Below are positions 51,147-61,539 of a stretch of DNA of 64,000 nucleotides, in pieces (the stretch's first letter is position 1; each line of letters begins with the position of its first letter). A program made the position numbers and the translations under genes. The notes under the pieces are model-generated. The model did not search any database. It was not told the origin of the DNA and saw nothing but the letters and a program-made list of their open reading frames with translations. Origin of the DNA: Lama guanicoe (Eukaryota); the NCBI GenBank assembly GCA_013239625.1, contig MU053504.1, positions 1,992,607-2,056,606 on the forward strand, read 5' to 3'.

Positions 51147-51227
51147 TCAGAGCAGGGGCTGGAGAGCCAGGACAGGGAGCATGGAGAGAAGGGAGCTCCA
51201 CCCCAGAGGCCCGTCTGAGGAGGACAC
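51147..51227 (-). CDS. GFRA4: GFRA4 exon 6 (GPI-anchor signal)
   Basis: ccaag|GTGTCC...CTC TGA; VSSSDGPLGWSSLLSMLPVLALQPLL*; the six exons sum to 810 nt = 269 aa + stop. Confidence 0.92.
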   Translation of the reverse strand: MSSSDGPLGWSSLLSMLPVLALQPLL

Positions 51228-51393
51228 CTTGGTGGGTGAGAGCAGAGTGAGGACTTAAAGCAGAAATTTGACTGCTCTCTGCCACCCCCACCGTACCAGG
51301 CCATTCATGCCTCCATCTGGGCCCACTTGGCATGGAAGGGTGGCAGGAGGCAGTGCAGGGGTTGCCAGCTCACCACACCCTCCCTGCACCTAC

Positions 51394-51485
51394 CTGCAGG
51401 ACGTTGTGCTCAGGGTCCCGGTGGGGGTCCAGCTGGTCTTGTAGGATTGGCGGCCAGCCGCCGTCAAAGGTCTGTATGGCGCCAT
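51394..51485 (-). CDS. GFRA4: GFRA4 exon 5
   Basis: catag|ATGGCG...CTGCAG|gtaggt; (D)GAIQTFDGGWPPILQDQLDPHRDPEHNVLQ; 92 bp. Confidence 0.94.
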
Positions 51486-52246
51486 CTATGGAGGGGAGGG
51501 GTGTAGGGTGGGCTTGGCTGAGAAACCCTAGCACAGGGTCCAGCACCGCAGGGACAAACTGAGACTTGGCAACCCACGTGGGCCCTTGCTAGGCAGGAAT
51601 GGGAGGGACAACTGCAAGGACTGGCTTTTGGGATGGAAGGTGCTGGGGAATAACAAAATAAGGACAACTGTGTTAAGAGTGCCTTATAAACTGTCGTCTT
51701 CCAGTCTCACAGGGAAGGGTGACAATTACCATCCTCGTTTTACAGATGGACAAAAAAAGGCTTAGAGGAGTTAACTAACTCTCAACAAGTGGCAGAGTCA
51801 GGCTTCTAACTCAGACCCACTAACTCCCAGACTGGGCAGCGAACTACCCAGCTATTCAGCCCCAAATGGCAAGATCATAAATGGGAGGCGTTGGCTGTGC
51901 CTCAGGAATGGAATAGCCTCAGAGATGACGAAAGCGGGAATCTCGTATTCTTCTTCGTTCCATGTCCTTGGAAACTTGTTTTCACTGTCCCTACTTCCTG
52001 CTAGCAAGGGCACCAGCCTAGGCAACCCTGGGATTCTACCTGGGTCTGTGACCTGGTCTCCGGAGACAGCTAGGCGCAGATTCCCGAAGGGGCACGACGA
52101 CAGCAGAGGAGGAAGTGGGCCTCCGTGGCTGCCGCAAAGAGCCTCAGTTTCCTCACCTCTAAAATGGGCTCCCGCCAGAACAGCAGCTTGGGACCAGGCG
52201 GTAAGCGCCGAATGCACTCCCACGCGGCCCCACCCGGGCCCCTCAC

Positions 52247-52381
52247 CCAAGCAGCGGTTCCTTGTAAAGAGCCCCCGGAAGGTTTCGCACTCCTCACGCC
52301 GGTTTCCGCTGGCTCCGCAGTCGCACCAGGGCGCTACCCGCGCGCTCACGTTGTCCAAGTAGTTGGGGGTGACAGCGGTGC
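52247..52381 (-). CDS. GFRA4: GFRA4 exon 4
   Basis: cgcag|GCACCG...TTGG|gtgagg; [44 protein letters not shown]; 135 bp. Confidence 0.96.
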
Positions 52382-52475
52382 CTGCGGGGACCCAAAAGGC
52401 AGGGTACTCGGCCCCTTCACGCAGAGGTATCCCCAGGAGAGGCCTCGCCCAAGCTGGGATCCCGGCGGTGCGTAC

Positions 52476-52585
52476 CCACGAGGCCCGCGTAGGCGCGCAG
52501 GCAGCCGGGGGCCTGGTCCCGCAGGCAGCCGTCCGGGGCGCTGGGGGCGGGCGCGCAGGAGGCCTGGAAGGCCAGGAGGCGGGGC
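52476..52585 (-). CDS. GFRA4: GFRA4 exon 3
   Basis: cgcag|GCCCCGC...GTGG|gtacgc; [36 protein letters not shown]; 110 bp. Confidence 0.95.
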
Positions 52586-52684
52586 CTGCGCCACGCAGCA
52601 GGAGGCCGGTGAGTGTGCGGGCGGCCGCAGCCCCGCCCACCCCGCCCGCCCCCGCCCCTCTCTCTCCTCCATCACCTTCCGCAC

Positions 52685-53030
52685 CTGCAGACGCTGCTGT
52701 GCTCGCAGGCGTCTAGCGGCACGAGGCAGGAGGGCGGCGCCGGGCCGGGCCCAGAGAAGGCGCAGGCGGGCACGAAGGTCTGGCGCCGGCGCTCGGCGCA
52801 CGCGGGGCCGCCGCACGGGCAGAAGAGCAGCGCGTGGGTGAGCGCGGGCGGCCCGCGGGCGAAGAAGCGGCGCAGCGCGCGGCGGCAGCGGGCGCGAGGG
52901 CAGCCCCCGGGTGCAGCCCGACGCAGGCACTGCGCCACGTACTCGGTGCGCAGCCGATGGCACCGCGCGTTCGCCGTGCACGCCTCGGCCGCGTCCACGC
53001 ATCGGTTCCGCGCAGCCGAGCTCGACGACC
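52685..53030 (-). CDS. GFRA4: GFRA4 exon 2 (GFR cysteine-rich domain D2)
   Basis: cccag|GGTCGTCG...TGCAG|gtgcgg; [23 protein letters not shown]...[13 protein letters not shown]...CEHSSVC; 346 bp. Confidence 0.96.
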
Positions 53031-54979
53031 CTGGGAGAGCGGTGGCAGGCTGCAGTTGTCGCGCCCTGTACACACACTTCATCCTAGTCTTGTGGTCACG
53101 CCTTCCGAAAATGCTGGGCTCTCCAAACCCGAGGGGGCAGAATGTGACCCGAAGGTATAAGTGACTGGCACTGACCTTCCGTCTCAGAGATGGGCTGCGG
53201 CGGGCCCTGGGGATTCCTGCAGCACGTCTAGGGTGGATGGGGCGCAGCAAGGCTGGGCCTGGCCTCCCCCAGAAGCTACGGTCCATCCTCTCCAAGCACC
53301 ACCCCTCACCCATCCAACAAGGGATCCATGAGGTTACTCTCACTCTCATAGGCGCCACCAGACAGGGAAAAAAGCAAGGCTTCTAGGGACTTGGCTAATG
53401 GAGGCTTATCAGAAATGGCGCTGAGGACATGGCCCCTCTTCTTCCTTTTTGACATGCTGGGACCCCTGACCTTCCTTTATTTCCCCTTCTCCCCCTCCCC
53501 CTTGGAGATCCTTTAAGTCATCTACAGGTTTCTAGTTCTCCCTCCTTGACCATCTCTTGTGCCTCCTCCTGCCCTCTCCCTCTAGCGTCTTCCCCTTTCA
53601 TTCTCTTCTGATGCTCCCTCCTCCGGAATCTAACACATGCTGCCCCATCTGGACTCTAGCTTTCACCTCTAGCCCCACCACTCTCCACCATCCGGGTGCA
53701 AGAGGGATTCCCAGTAATGGCTCTGGGCACTGGAGCCATTTAGACCTGGCTGCCGGGGTGTGGATTTGAGAGAAGTCCCTGATGGCAGGCCACGGGACCT
53801 TAAGGTCCATGAGAGGTGGCACTCCACAGGGGGCACAAAGTGCCTGGCACAACCTAGTCACACACCAGGGGTCGGTTGGGCAATGTGTAAGCTTTGTCCA
53901 GAAGTGCCATGGGCCACATCTAAATCCACCCAAGCCACGGTCTTTGGGGGTCAGAACTCAGCAGCCCCTTCCTAGGACCTAGGTTACCAAAATCAGGCTA
54001 CCCCTGCCTCCAGGAGCATCTCGCTCAGCTGAGAAGCCTTCTGGCACCAAACTCTAAGGGAATTTTCCCAGCCTGGATGTGTGGAGAAGGGTGTTTCCTG
54101 CCTCAGGGCTGGAAGCAGGGCCCCTCTCTGGCACTGAGCATCTCTTTCTGGGGGCCAAGGAGGAAAGTGGAATAGACATTGAGGGTGGGCAGTGGGTATG
54201 TGAGTGGAGGGGATAGACAGGAGAGCCGGGGCCCTTCCTTTCTCCTCGCCCCCTCTGCCCTCTCCTTCCCTCTCCTCCCGCACTCACAGAGCAGCAGGCA
54301 AACTTTGCCCTTCTCTCCCAGCCAAGCCCTCACATCCCTACGCCTCAGCCACACCCAACAGCAACAAGTGTCCCTTAAGGTCTTGGTCCTGCTTCTGTTC
54401 CTTTGCTTATCTGTTTCCCTCCATGAGGAACATGCTTACCTCTTCTCCACACTCAAAACAGCACATCTCAGCTCTAAGAAAGATCTCCTCTGCCTTAAAC
54501 CTTTGTTAGATTCCATTCTGCCCACTCCACATCACCTGGTAAGGTGACCCGTCCCACCATGATGCCCCAGGTGGGGAAGGGGTAGTCCAAGGGGCTTCTG
54601 ATGGGTAGTCCAAGATACATTGCATGGAGATGCTGGAGCTGCAGGGCAGGGCATTCCTGTGAAGCTGCAAGACTGAAAGTGGAGGTCTAGGGCGGGGGAA
54701 GGTGAAAGAGGTGGGAGAGGAGGCAGTGGGAAAAGGAAAGTTCCTGGAGTGAGGGTACCAATGTGAGACTTGGGAGACCATGGCTCCGTGGGGCTCAGAG
54801 GCTGGAGGCCAGGTGCCATGTGGCCACCTCAAACACAAGTGGCTCACCAGTGCCCCTTCCTGCATTTCGGCTTTTCCTGGAATCGATGTCTTGCCCTCCC
54901 ACCTTGTCCTTGAGGATCGAGGAGGATCCGGGTCAGAGAGCCAGGGTTCACAGGTCCAGGGGAGGAGGCAGCCACTCAC

Positions 54980-55025
54980 CCAGAAGCAGCAGCAGCAGCA
55001 GCACGGGTGCCAAGCAGCCAGCCAT
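54980..55025 (-). CDS. GFRA4: GDNF family receptor alpha-4 exon 1 (signal peptide)
   Basis: ATG at 55025; MAGCLAPVLLLLLLL(G); donor G|gtgagt. Confidence 0.93.
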
Positions 55026-55374
55026 GCGGCAAACACAGGACAGAACGACCAGAGGCCGAGCCACAGTCAGACAGGTGCCTCCTTCCCAGCGCCCCTGAGC
55101 CGCAGCGAGATGGAAACCCGGTGTCTGCGCTGCTGTGCCTGCTCTCCTGACAGGAGGAGCCTTTGCTTGAGAATGACTCCCTGCCCCCATGAGTCCCCGC
55201 CCAGGCTGCGCCTTCAGGTAGATGCCGAAGCCACTGAGCCCAGTGCCTGAACGTGCCTGGCGTTCAGTGATGGTGGACCCCATCACTCTCCAACACCCGC
55301 ACAACCACCCAAGAAGACCTTGTCTCTCCCATGCTAAACTATCACTTTTAAGAAACAACGTTATTCTTTTCCTT

Positions 55375-55700
55375 CTTTTGTGATTTTATTTAAACTTATA
55401 GCTAATTTTAGACTTGCAGGAAAGTTGCAAAAATACTAGTGTTTCCTTTATACCCTTCACCCACTTTCCCCTAAATCAGCATCTTACCCGACCGACCATG
55501 GTACAGTTATTAAAAGTAGGAAATTAACATTGGTGTAAGACAACTAAGCTACAGACCATTTTGAATTTCCCTGCTCTTCCACTGATGTCCTCATCCTGTT
55601 CCAAGATCTCATCCAGGATCCCACACTGCAGCTAGTGGTCATGTCACCTTAGTTTCTTCCAATCTGTGGTAGTTCCTCAGTCTTTCTTTAACAAACCTGG
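55375..55700 (-). mobile_element. Old L1 3' end between ADAM33 and GFRA4
   Basis: taattttagacttgcaggaaagttgcaaaaata...ccaggatcccacactgca. Confidence 0.7.
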
Positions 55701-55944
55701 TGCTTCCCTATGTGTCCCTGTGTGGTGGGCGTGCCCCTTTCTCTAGAGGAAGCTGTGAGCGATAGAACTTTTTTTCAATGGCATTAACCTCTCTTTGCCA
55801 TCGCTCTGTTGTCTCTGTAAGTCAGAATCCCACAGAAGACACAGGCAGGGGCTTTAGCAAACCATCTCATTCAGCGCCTTGAGCTGGCAGAGCGAGGGCA
55901 TGCCTGAGCCTCACCAGAGCCTCGGTGCTGCTGCTCGTCTGCTG

Positions 55945-56768
55945 CCAGTGGGTAATTACAAAGATCCCCCAACTCTTCACACCCTCTGCAATATGATTTT
56001 GCTGTTCCTCCCTTCCAGAGATGGAGTTTATCTCCCAACCCCTGGAAACTGAGCTGGCCTGGTGACTTGCTTGGACCAATAGAATGTTATGGAAGCAAAA
56101 TGTGCCAGTCGTGGACTCTGAAGAAGCCCAGCAAGCTTCCACTTACTCTCCTGCAGGAGGAGGTGAGTGGGGCACTGGCCCCAGGATCACAATTACTAGT
56201 TTTTCCTTTTGCCTCAGGCTCCAGTGTGGCTTGGCATGGCACTGTAGTTGATCCTGTCTTTAATTAAAATTTTAATGTTTGTTCATCGTGGGTTTTTGCA
56301 TTAATTTTGATCTGTAAATATACTACGTTAAAATATTACTTATCTTAGAAAGTGACACAACACTGTAGACTGATGAAAAAAAAGGAACACGAAACATATC
56401 AAAAAATGTATATATTACTTCTCTTGATTACTTTTTTTGTGCCCAAGATAAATGCCTCATTTGTCTCACTCTAATTCTGGTTGTGTTCTCTTAGATCACT
56501 CCCCAGCTGTTATGTGACCAGGCCTTGCTAACCTACTGGAACATGAAAGACACAGAGCCCATTTGTCCCCATCACTCTAGCCAACAGCCAGCCAACCCCA
56601 GAAGCAGACCCACCTAGTGACCAGCAGTTAACTGCAAACATATGAATGACTGAAGCGAGTCGAACCACCAGCTGAGTTCAACGTAATTTGCCAATTCACA
56701 GAACTGGTTATTGTTCTAAGCTACTAAGTTTGGGGATGGTTTTTTAATGTAGCAACAGCTGGCTGATG
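55945..56768 (+). mobile_element. MaLR LTR (MLT1F/G-like) with internal hAT-like insert (~56175-56485)
   Basis: gtgacttgcttggaccaatagaatg...ctaagctactaagtttggggatggtt...gtagcaacagctggctgatgca. Confidence 0.65.
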
Positions 56769-57723
56769 CAGAATGTCACTCAGCATCTCTTGCATGAAGC
56801 AGGGGGAGAGAATAAATGGCCTCTGAGAGTGTCCAAGCGAGACAGGAGAGGTGGAGCAAAGGGATCATTCAAGCTGGGCAACACCATCCTATGCGCAGGT
56901 ACATCTGGGGCCTGGCTGTCATCTGAGGCTCAACCCATCAGCCACTACCCCTTGTCACCTTCAAGGAGCCCCCATGGGGTTGAATTTAAAGACAGAAAAG
57001 ACTCATAGGTCTCAGGGCAATATGTCTTTCTTCTGATTTCTACTTTGGTGTCCTTTCCAAAATGGCTTGCTTCGTCCCCACCCATGGAATGGAGGAGGAG
57101 CTGATTAATGTCCAAAGGGAAGGGAGCCTCAGCAGATCCCCAGGCTCCTCGGAAACCTCACCTGACAACTAGGAATAGGGTGGGACTGAGGAAGCATCTA
57201 GGGGGAAAAAGACCAGGGGAGGAGGCAGGAAGGAAGGTTCCAAGGATTCTGTTTGTTTTTTCAGGGCCCAGGCTCCGGGACGTGGATCAGTCTAAAGTGT
57301 AGGGCCCCTGGAGTTCTGACCCAGCAGTCAGTGCCCTCCAGAGCTGGGTCTGGAGAAAGTGCATGCAGCACACCCACATCTGGACAGAGGCTATGGGTCC
57401 AGGCTAGGCTCCCAGCATGACCCAGCCACCCCCGGTGACAGGAGGTCAGTGACTACAAGACCTTTGTTCCTGGGACTGATGGACTCTTGCTTGGGCTGGA
57501 GGGTGTTCCCTAGCCAGGCCTAGCAGCCCTGCAGAACAGGGATGGCACTGAGCAAATTCTGATGAGGCTCCAGGGTCCTGGAGTAGGTGGTGCAGAGGTA
57601 ACTTGGAAGAAATGTTGTAGGTGCCTGAAGGTGCAGGAGGTTAGCGGACTGGCTGGCTCTGCCCCTGGGGATCCGAGTTCCTGGAGCAGCTGTCCTTAGT
57701 CTTCTCATCTCAGGAGTCACCTT

Positions 57724-57761
57724 TCACCAGAGACAGGATCTGGGCTTTTGGACTTGACCTG
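57724..57761 (-). CDS. ADAM33: ADAM33 terminal exon coding part (NAGNAG acceptor)
   Basis: tctcag|CAG|GTCAAG...TGG TGA; (A)GQVQKPRSCLW*. Confidence 0.88.
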
Positions 57762-58046
57762 CTGAGAATGAAGTGGGGGAAGGGTCATGCCCTGAGGGCT
57801 GGGACCCCAGGCTGCAGGCCATGTGGCAGGGACCCCTGTCCTCCCTCAGTGAAAGCCGATGACCCAAGAAGAGTCGCAGCTTCTCCCTCCCCTGCCCCAG
57901 GGGCCTCCAGCATCTGGACAGCTTCTCCCGGAGGGCTCATTTCCCGAATAACGCAAGCTCAGAGCCTCAGAGTGAGGGACTACCAGATGAGGAGCAGCAG
58001 GGGTGGGGGTGTGGGTAAGCAGTGAGAGGTGGAGGCCCCCACCTAC

Positions 58047-58088
58047 CTTGGCCACAGGGCACAGGCTTCTCAAGGTGGCTGCTGGGCT
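58047..58088 (-). CDS. ADAM33: ADAM33 exon ~21 (shortened; acceptor inferred)
   Basis: ctctgccag|AGCCC...CAAG|gtaggt; (E)PSSHLEKPVPCGQ; 42 bp, phase 1-1, keeps the frame. Confidence 0.6.
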
Positions 58089-58289
58089 CTGGCAGAGTTC
58101 TCAAGGGGAGCAACAAGTGGAGGAAGAGTGCCGTGAACACAGGTGGCAGGAGTCCCTGGCAAGGGGTGGGGCACAGGGGCTTAAGGTGGCTGGGTGCTCG
58201 GTGGAGAGGAGGGGGCCTATCTGGAAGGAGGCAGAAGACAGGAGCCTATCCCTTCCCCTCTCCCCCATCTCCCACCGTGCTTCACTCAC

Positions 58290-58381
58290 CCAGGGGCTGG
58301 GGCTCCCCAGTGGCTGTCAGGCCCAACTCCGTGGGCTGAATGCTGCTCAGAGGGTAGTCCCTGCGTGGGTGATCTTTGGGC
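58290..58381 (-). CDS. ADAM33: ADAM33 exon ~20 (cytoplasmic)
   Basis: ctcag|GCCCAAAG...CTGG|gtgagt; PKDHPRRDYPLSSIQPTELGLTATGEPQPL; 92 bp. Confidence 0.88.
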
Positions 58382-59661
58382 CTGAGCAGTGGATAAGACA
58401 GCAGGAGACTGAGACCGTGACCATGAGCAGGGTGTTCTGGGGCTTCTTCCCTGTAGCCGGCAGCTCACCCCCAGCCCGAGCTGGGTGCCAGGTCACTCTC
58501 TCCAGCTCTCTTCCTACTTCCTCCTGAGAGGAGCCCTTAGGGTCTAGGCTCCAGTTGTGACTCATGCTTTCCAGGGCCACCTCCTCTCTCCAGCCCTGAC
58601 ATTTCTCCCAAGCTCTGGCCCCACCCTCAGAATCCTCCAGATGTCAGCGTCACTCAAGCCCCAGAGAGGGGTGGACTTCCTCCTGCCGTGGCATCTGTGT
58701 CTGTTCCTTGCCGTTGGGTGGCCCTGCTGTCCTCAATGATGCCAAGCTATGCTCAGCTGCTCCCGCCCCATCTCCCAGGGCCTTGCCCCTTCCAAAAGTC
58801 TCCTCAGGACCCCACCCTGGTGATGACATGTAGTCGCTGTCCTCCTGCAGGCCCCCCATGCTGACATGCCAAGTTCTGCCCACCTTGCTCCTCTGCCCAC
58901 AGACCCACAATCAACACTCACTTTGTCAAGGACATCTCTGCCCACACCTGGGACCTGGCTGGTGCCCTGCCCCTGTCTGGGATGCCCTCTGCCCCCATCT
59001 CTAGCCCCACCTTGCCCTCTCCCTCAGCTTGCCAGGAACACTCCCAAGGCTAGTCTGTATCGGATGTGGTCATAGGGGGCCTGCCTTGCACAGCGCCCAG
59101 TGAAGGGGCAGCCCTAGACTGACCATGCTTGGTATCATATAACCCCCATCCTAGGTCACGGAGAACTGGGTTAGGGGCAGGCCCTTGGCACAAGCACAGC
59201 CAGCACCATAGCTGCCCAGTGGTATGGAATGGAAAGATGTGCTGGGCCCAGGATTTGGGAAGTTGGAGGGGGTAAAAGCCGAGATTAAGGCAGCAGAAGT
59301 GGCAGAGGGCTGAGAGCTCATGAGAGAGAAGCTGGAGAGGCTTGAAGGGCACAGTGGAGCAGGAATTGCATTATGAGCTGGTGGGAAAACAGGGCAAAGT
59401 CAAGGGTGAGGCAGCCTCTTGGTGGGAGAAACAGGAGACGTGGACAAGAGGTGAGGAACCACAGTAATGGGGGTGGGGGGAGGGTAGAGGGCCCTGCAGG
59501 GATCTACACCTTTGCTTGACTGGGAGGCCACTGAGGCCTTCTGCTTAAGGCTTCTTTCCATGGCCTCTGCCTGCCTCTCTGCACCGGAGGACCCCACCCT
59601 GGCTGCCCCAGGCCAGGCAGAGCTCTGAGGGACTGGAACCACCTAAGTCCCCAGTGCCTAC

Positions 59662-59809
59662 CCGCTGCACACGGGGTCCCTCCTTGAGCCCCAGAGGCAT
59701 TGCTGGAGACAGGGTCCTGGGTGCCGGCAGCAGCACCAGGCCAGGCTGGCCCCGAGGAGCAGAGGCAGCAGAAAGCTAAGGATCACCGCCAGCGTGAAGG
59801 TGTCTTGGG
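59662..59809 (-). CDS. ADAM33: ADAM33 exon ~19 (transmembrane)
   Basis: [48 protein letters not shown]; 148 bp. Confidence 0.94.
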
Positions 59810-59885
59810 CTGTGGAGGACAGGGTATGGCTGAGTCCTGAGGTGCACCACACGGTCCCCACTCCCCCCCCCCACCAGGGGCGCAC

Positions 59886-59994
59886 TTTCAGGCTGCACTG
59901 GACCGCTGTCCACACTACCACCAAACCCCGGCTTGTCACAGGAAGGCGGAGCCCAGCCTGGAGCACAGTGGCAATTATGGTTACTATTGCAAAC
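59886..59994 (-). CDS. ADAM33: ADAM33 exon ~18 (EGF-like)
   Basis: [36 protein letters not shown]; 109 bp. Confidence 0.95.
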
Positions 59995-60076
59995 CTGCAG
60001 AGGAAAGGAAAGTGGGGTCGTATGAGACCAGAAACATGAAGCCGCCTTCACCCCCGCCAACTTTCGGGCCACTCAC

Positions 60077-60154
60077 CCCGTGGCCATGGCAGGCAATCAG
60101 GCAGAGCTCCAGCTCTCGGAAGGTAGCGTTCTGGCAGCGCCTGTCCTGGCACAC
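60077..60154 (-). CDS. ADAM33: ADAM33 exon ~17
   Basis: [26 protein letters not shown]; 78 bp. Confidence 0.94.
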
Positions 60155-60247
60155 CTATGGGCAATGCGTGCGCTTGTCAGTGAGGTGGCGTGATGCTTGG
60201 GCCTGGGGACTCAAGTGGTAGCGAGTGGTTGGATGGGCAGGGCTCAC

Positions 60248-60446
60248 CATCTGAGGTCCACATTGGGTGCCTGACTCTACCAGGCCCAAATCAGGCAGGT
60301 CAAGCTGGGCACCAGGCAGCACGAAGGCACCCCTGCAGGTCACTTCGCGGCTGCCTAGGCGAACGGTGGAGTCCACCGGCACCGTGTGTGGTACCAGTGC
60401 GCTCTTCTCCCCGCCCTGGCACTGCAGTTTCCCACACTGCGCATCC
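60248..60446 (-). CDS. ADAM33: ADAM33 exon ~16 (cysteine-rich)
   Basis: [12 protein letters not shown]...[13 protein letters not shown]; 199 bp. Confidence 0.95.
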
Positions 60447-60528
60447 CTGGGGACAAGTGGAGGGTAGTCAAAAGGCGTGGAGTTTCTCCCTACCCGCTTC
60501 CCCAGCTTCGCCTCTCTCTGCTCCCCAC

Positions 60529-60637
60529 CTCTGAGCACAAGGCACGAAGCTGCCGTCGCTGTGCTGCCCACAGTTCCCGTGGGCGTCTCCCGCGGGGTTC
60601 AAGACCTGGAAACAGGCATCCGGGGCTGGGCGGGAGC
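60529..60637 (-). CDS. ADAM33: ADAM33 exon ~15 (cysteine-rich)
   Basis: [35 protein letters not shown]; 109 bp. Confidence 0.94.
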
Positions 60638-60774
60638 CTGAGAAGCATGGGTGGGACTAGGGGTCAGCCCAGACGCGAACCACGCTCAGCCTGCCTCAGT
60701 TCCCCCGCCCACCTTCCCTGGAGTCGAAAGCGCGCAGACCCGAAGATGGGGGCGGAGCGCACGAGTGGTCTCAC

Positions 60775-60970
60775 CAGGGCCCCAGAGCCGCTGGCACTGC
60801 TGCTCGAGCGTCGGACACTCGCCGTCCCAGCAGGAGCCGCGGCCTCTGGCGCAGGGAGTGCCGTCCAGTAGGTAAATGTCAGGGGGGCAATAGGGGGAGG
60901 CGCCCGTGCAGAATTCAGGGAGGTCACAGTCGCCTGCAGCCCGGCGGCATGGCGCGCCCGCGGGCTTCAG
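60775..60970 (-). CDS. ADAM33: ADAM33 exon ~14 (disintegrin loop)
   Basis: [23 protein letters not shown]...QCQRLWGP; 196 bp. Confidence 0.95.
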
Positions 60971-61158
60971 CTGCGCAGGTTCCCCGGGTGGAGGGAGGGC
61001 GGCGAGGCACAGAGACAATGGACAGTTAGAGACCCGTGCCGAGAGCGCTGATTGGAAACGGGAGAGCCTGGTAGCGAGGTCCAAGCGAACACACGCACAG
61101 GGCAGAGCCAGCTGCCAAGAGTTCCCCAGCCCTCACTCGGAGCCTTCTATGCCCTCAC

Positions 61159-61248
61159 CAGGCAGCGGGCGCAGCAGTCCCCATGGGTGCACTGGGCCCC
61201 CGCACGCAGTGAGCAGTTGTGGGCAAGGCAGCAGGAGCCCGGGCACTC
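61159..61248 (-). CDS. ADAM33: ADAM33 exon ~13 (disintegrin)
   Basis: [30 protein letters not shown]; 90 bp. Confidence 0.94.
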
Positions 61249-61361
61249 CTGGAGCCGGAAAGGCGAGGAGGGACCAGGTGAGGGTGCAGCGCCCAGACCT
61301 CCGGGGAGGGGGCGGGCGGGGGCCAGCCTTGGTCCCCTAGGGCCAGACCTGCGGACCTGAC

Positions 61362-61539
61362 CTGGCCGGCGCCGCAGTCACACTCCTCGCCCTCTTCCAC
61401 GAAGCCGTTCCCGCAGCGCGCCCGCGGCACCAGGAGCCCAAAGTCCGGCGCGTTGGAGAGGCACGCGCCGCCCCCCTTTCGGAAGAAGGCGCGCAGCTGG
61501 CGGCGGCTGCAGGCGCTAAATACGCGCGGGAACGGATGC
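61362..61539 (-). CDS. ADAM33: ADAM33 exon ~12 (end of MP domain, start of disintegrin)
   Basis: [15 protein letters not shown]...[18 protein letters not shown]; 178 bp. Confidence 0.96.

Larger units (their letters stand above)
52050..53260. promoter_or_regulatory. CpG island over GFRA4 exons 2-4
   Basis: Very GC-rich with dense unmutated CpG relative to flanks (visual estimate). Confidence 0.8.

Noticed and set aside
51852..53164. Long overlapping and antisense ORFs (183-262 aa) over GFRA4
   Set aside because: Shadow ORFs expected in a stop-poor CpG island; low-complexity R/A/P/G products, explained by the spliced GFRA4 exons.
54948..55358. N-terminally extended GFRA4 from upstream in-frame ATGs
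   Set aside because: The ATG at 55025 gives a typical signal peptide and the expected 269-aa length; no TSS evidence upstream.
58382..59661. Possible extra cytoplasmic exons in the 1.28-kb ADAM33 intron
   Set aside because: No candidate with both convincing splice sites and recognisable homology.
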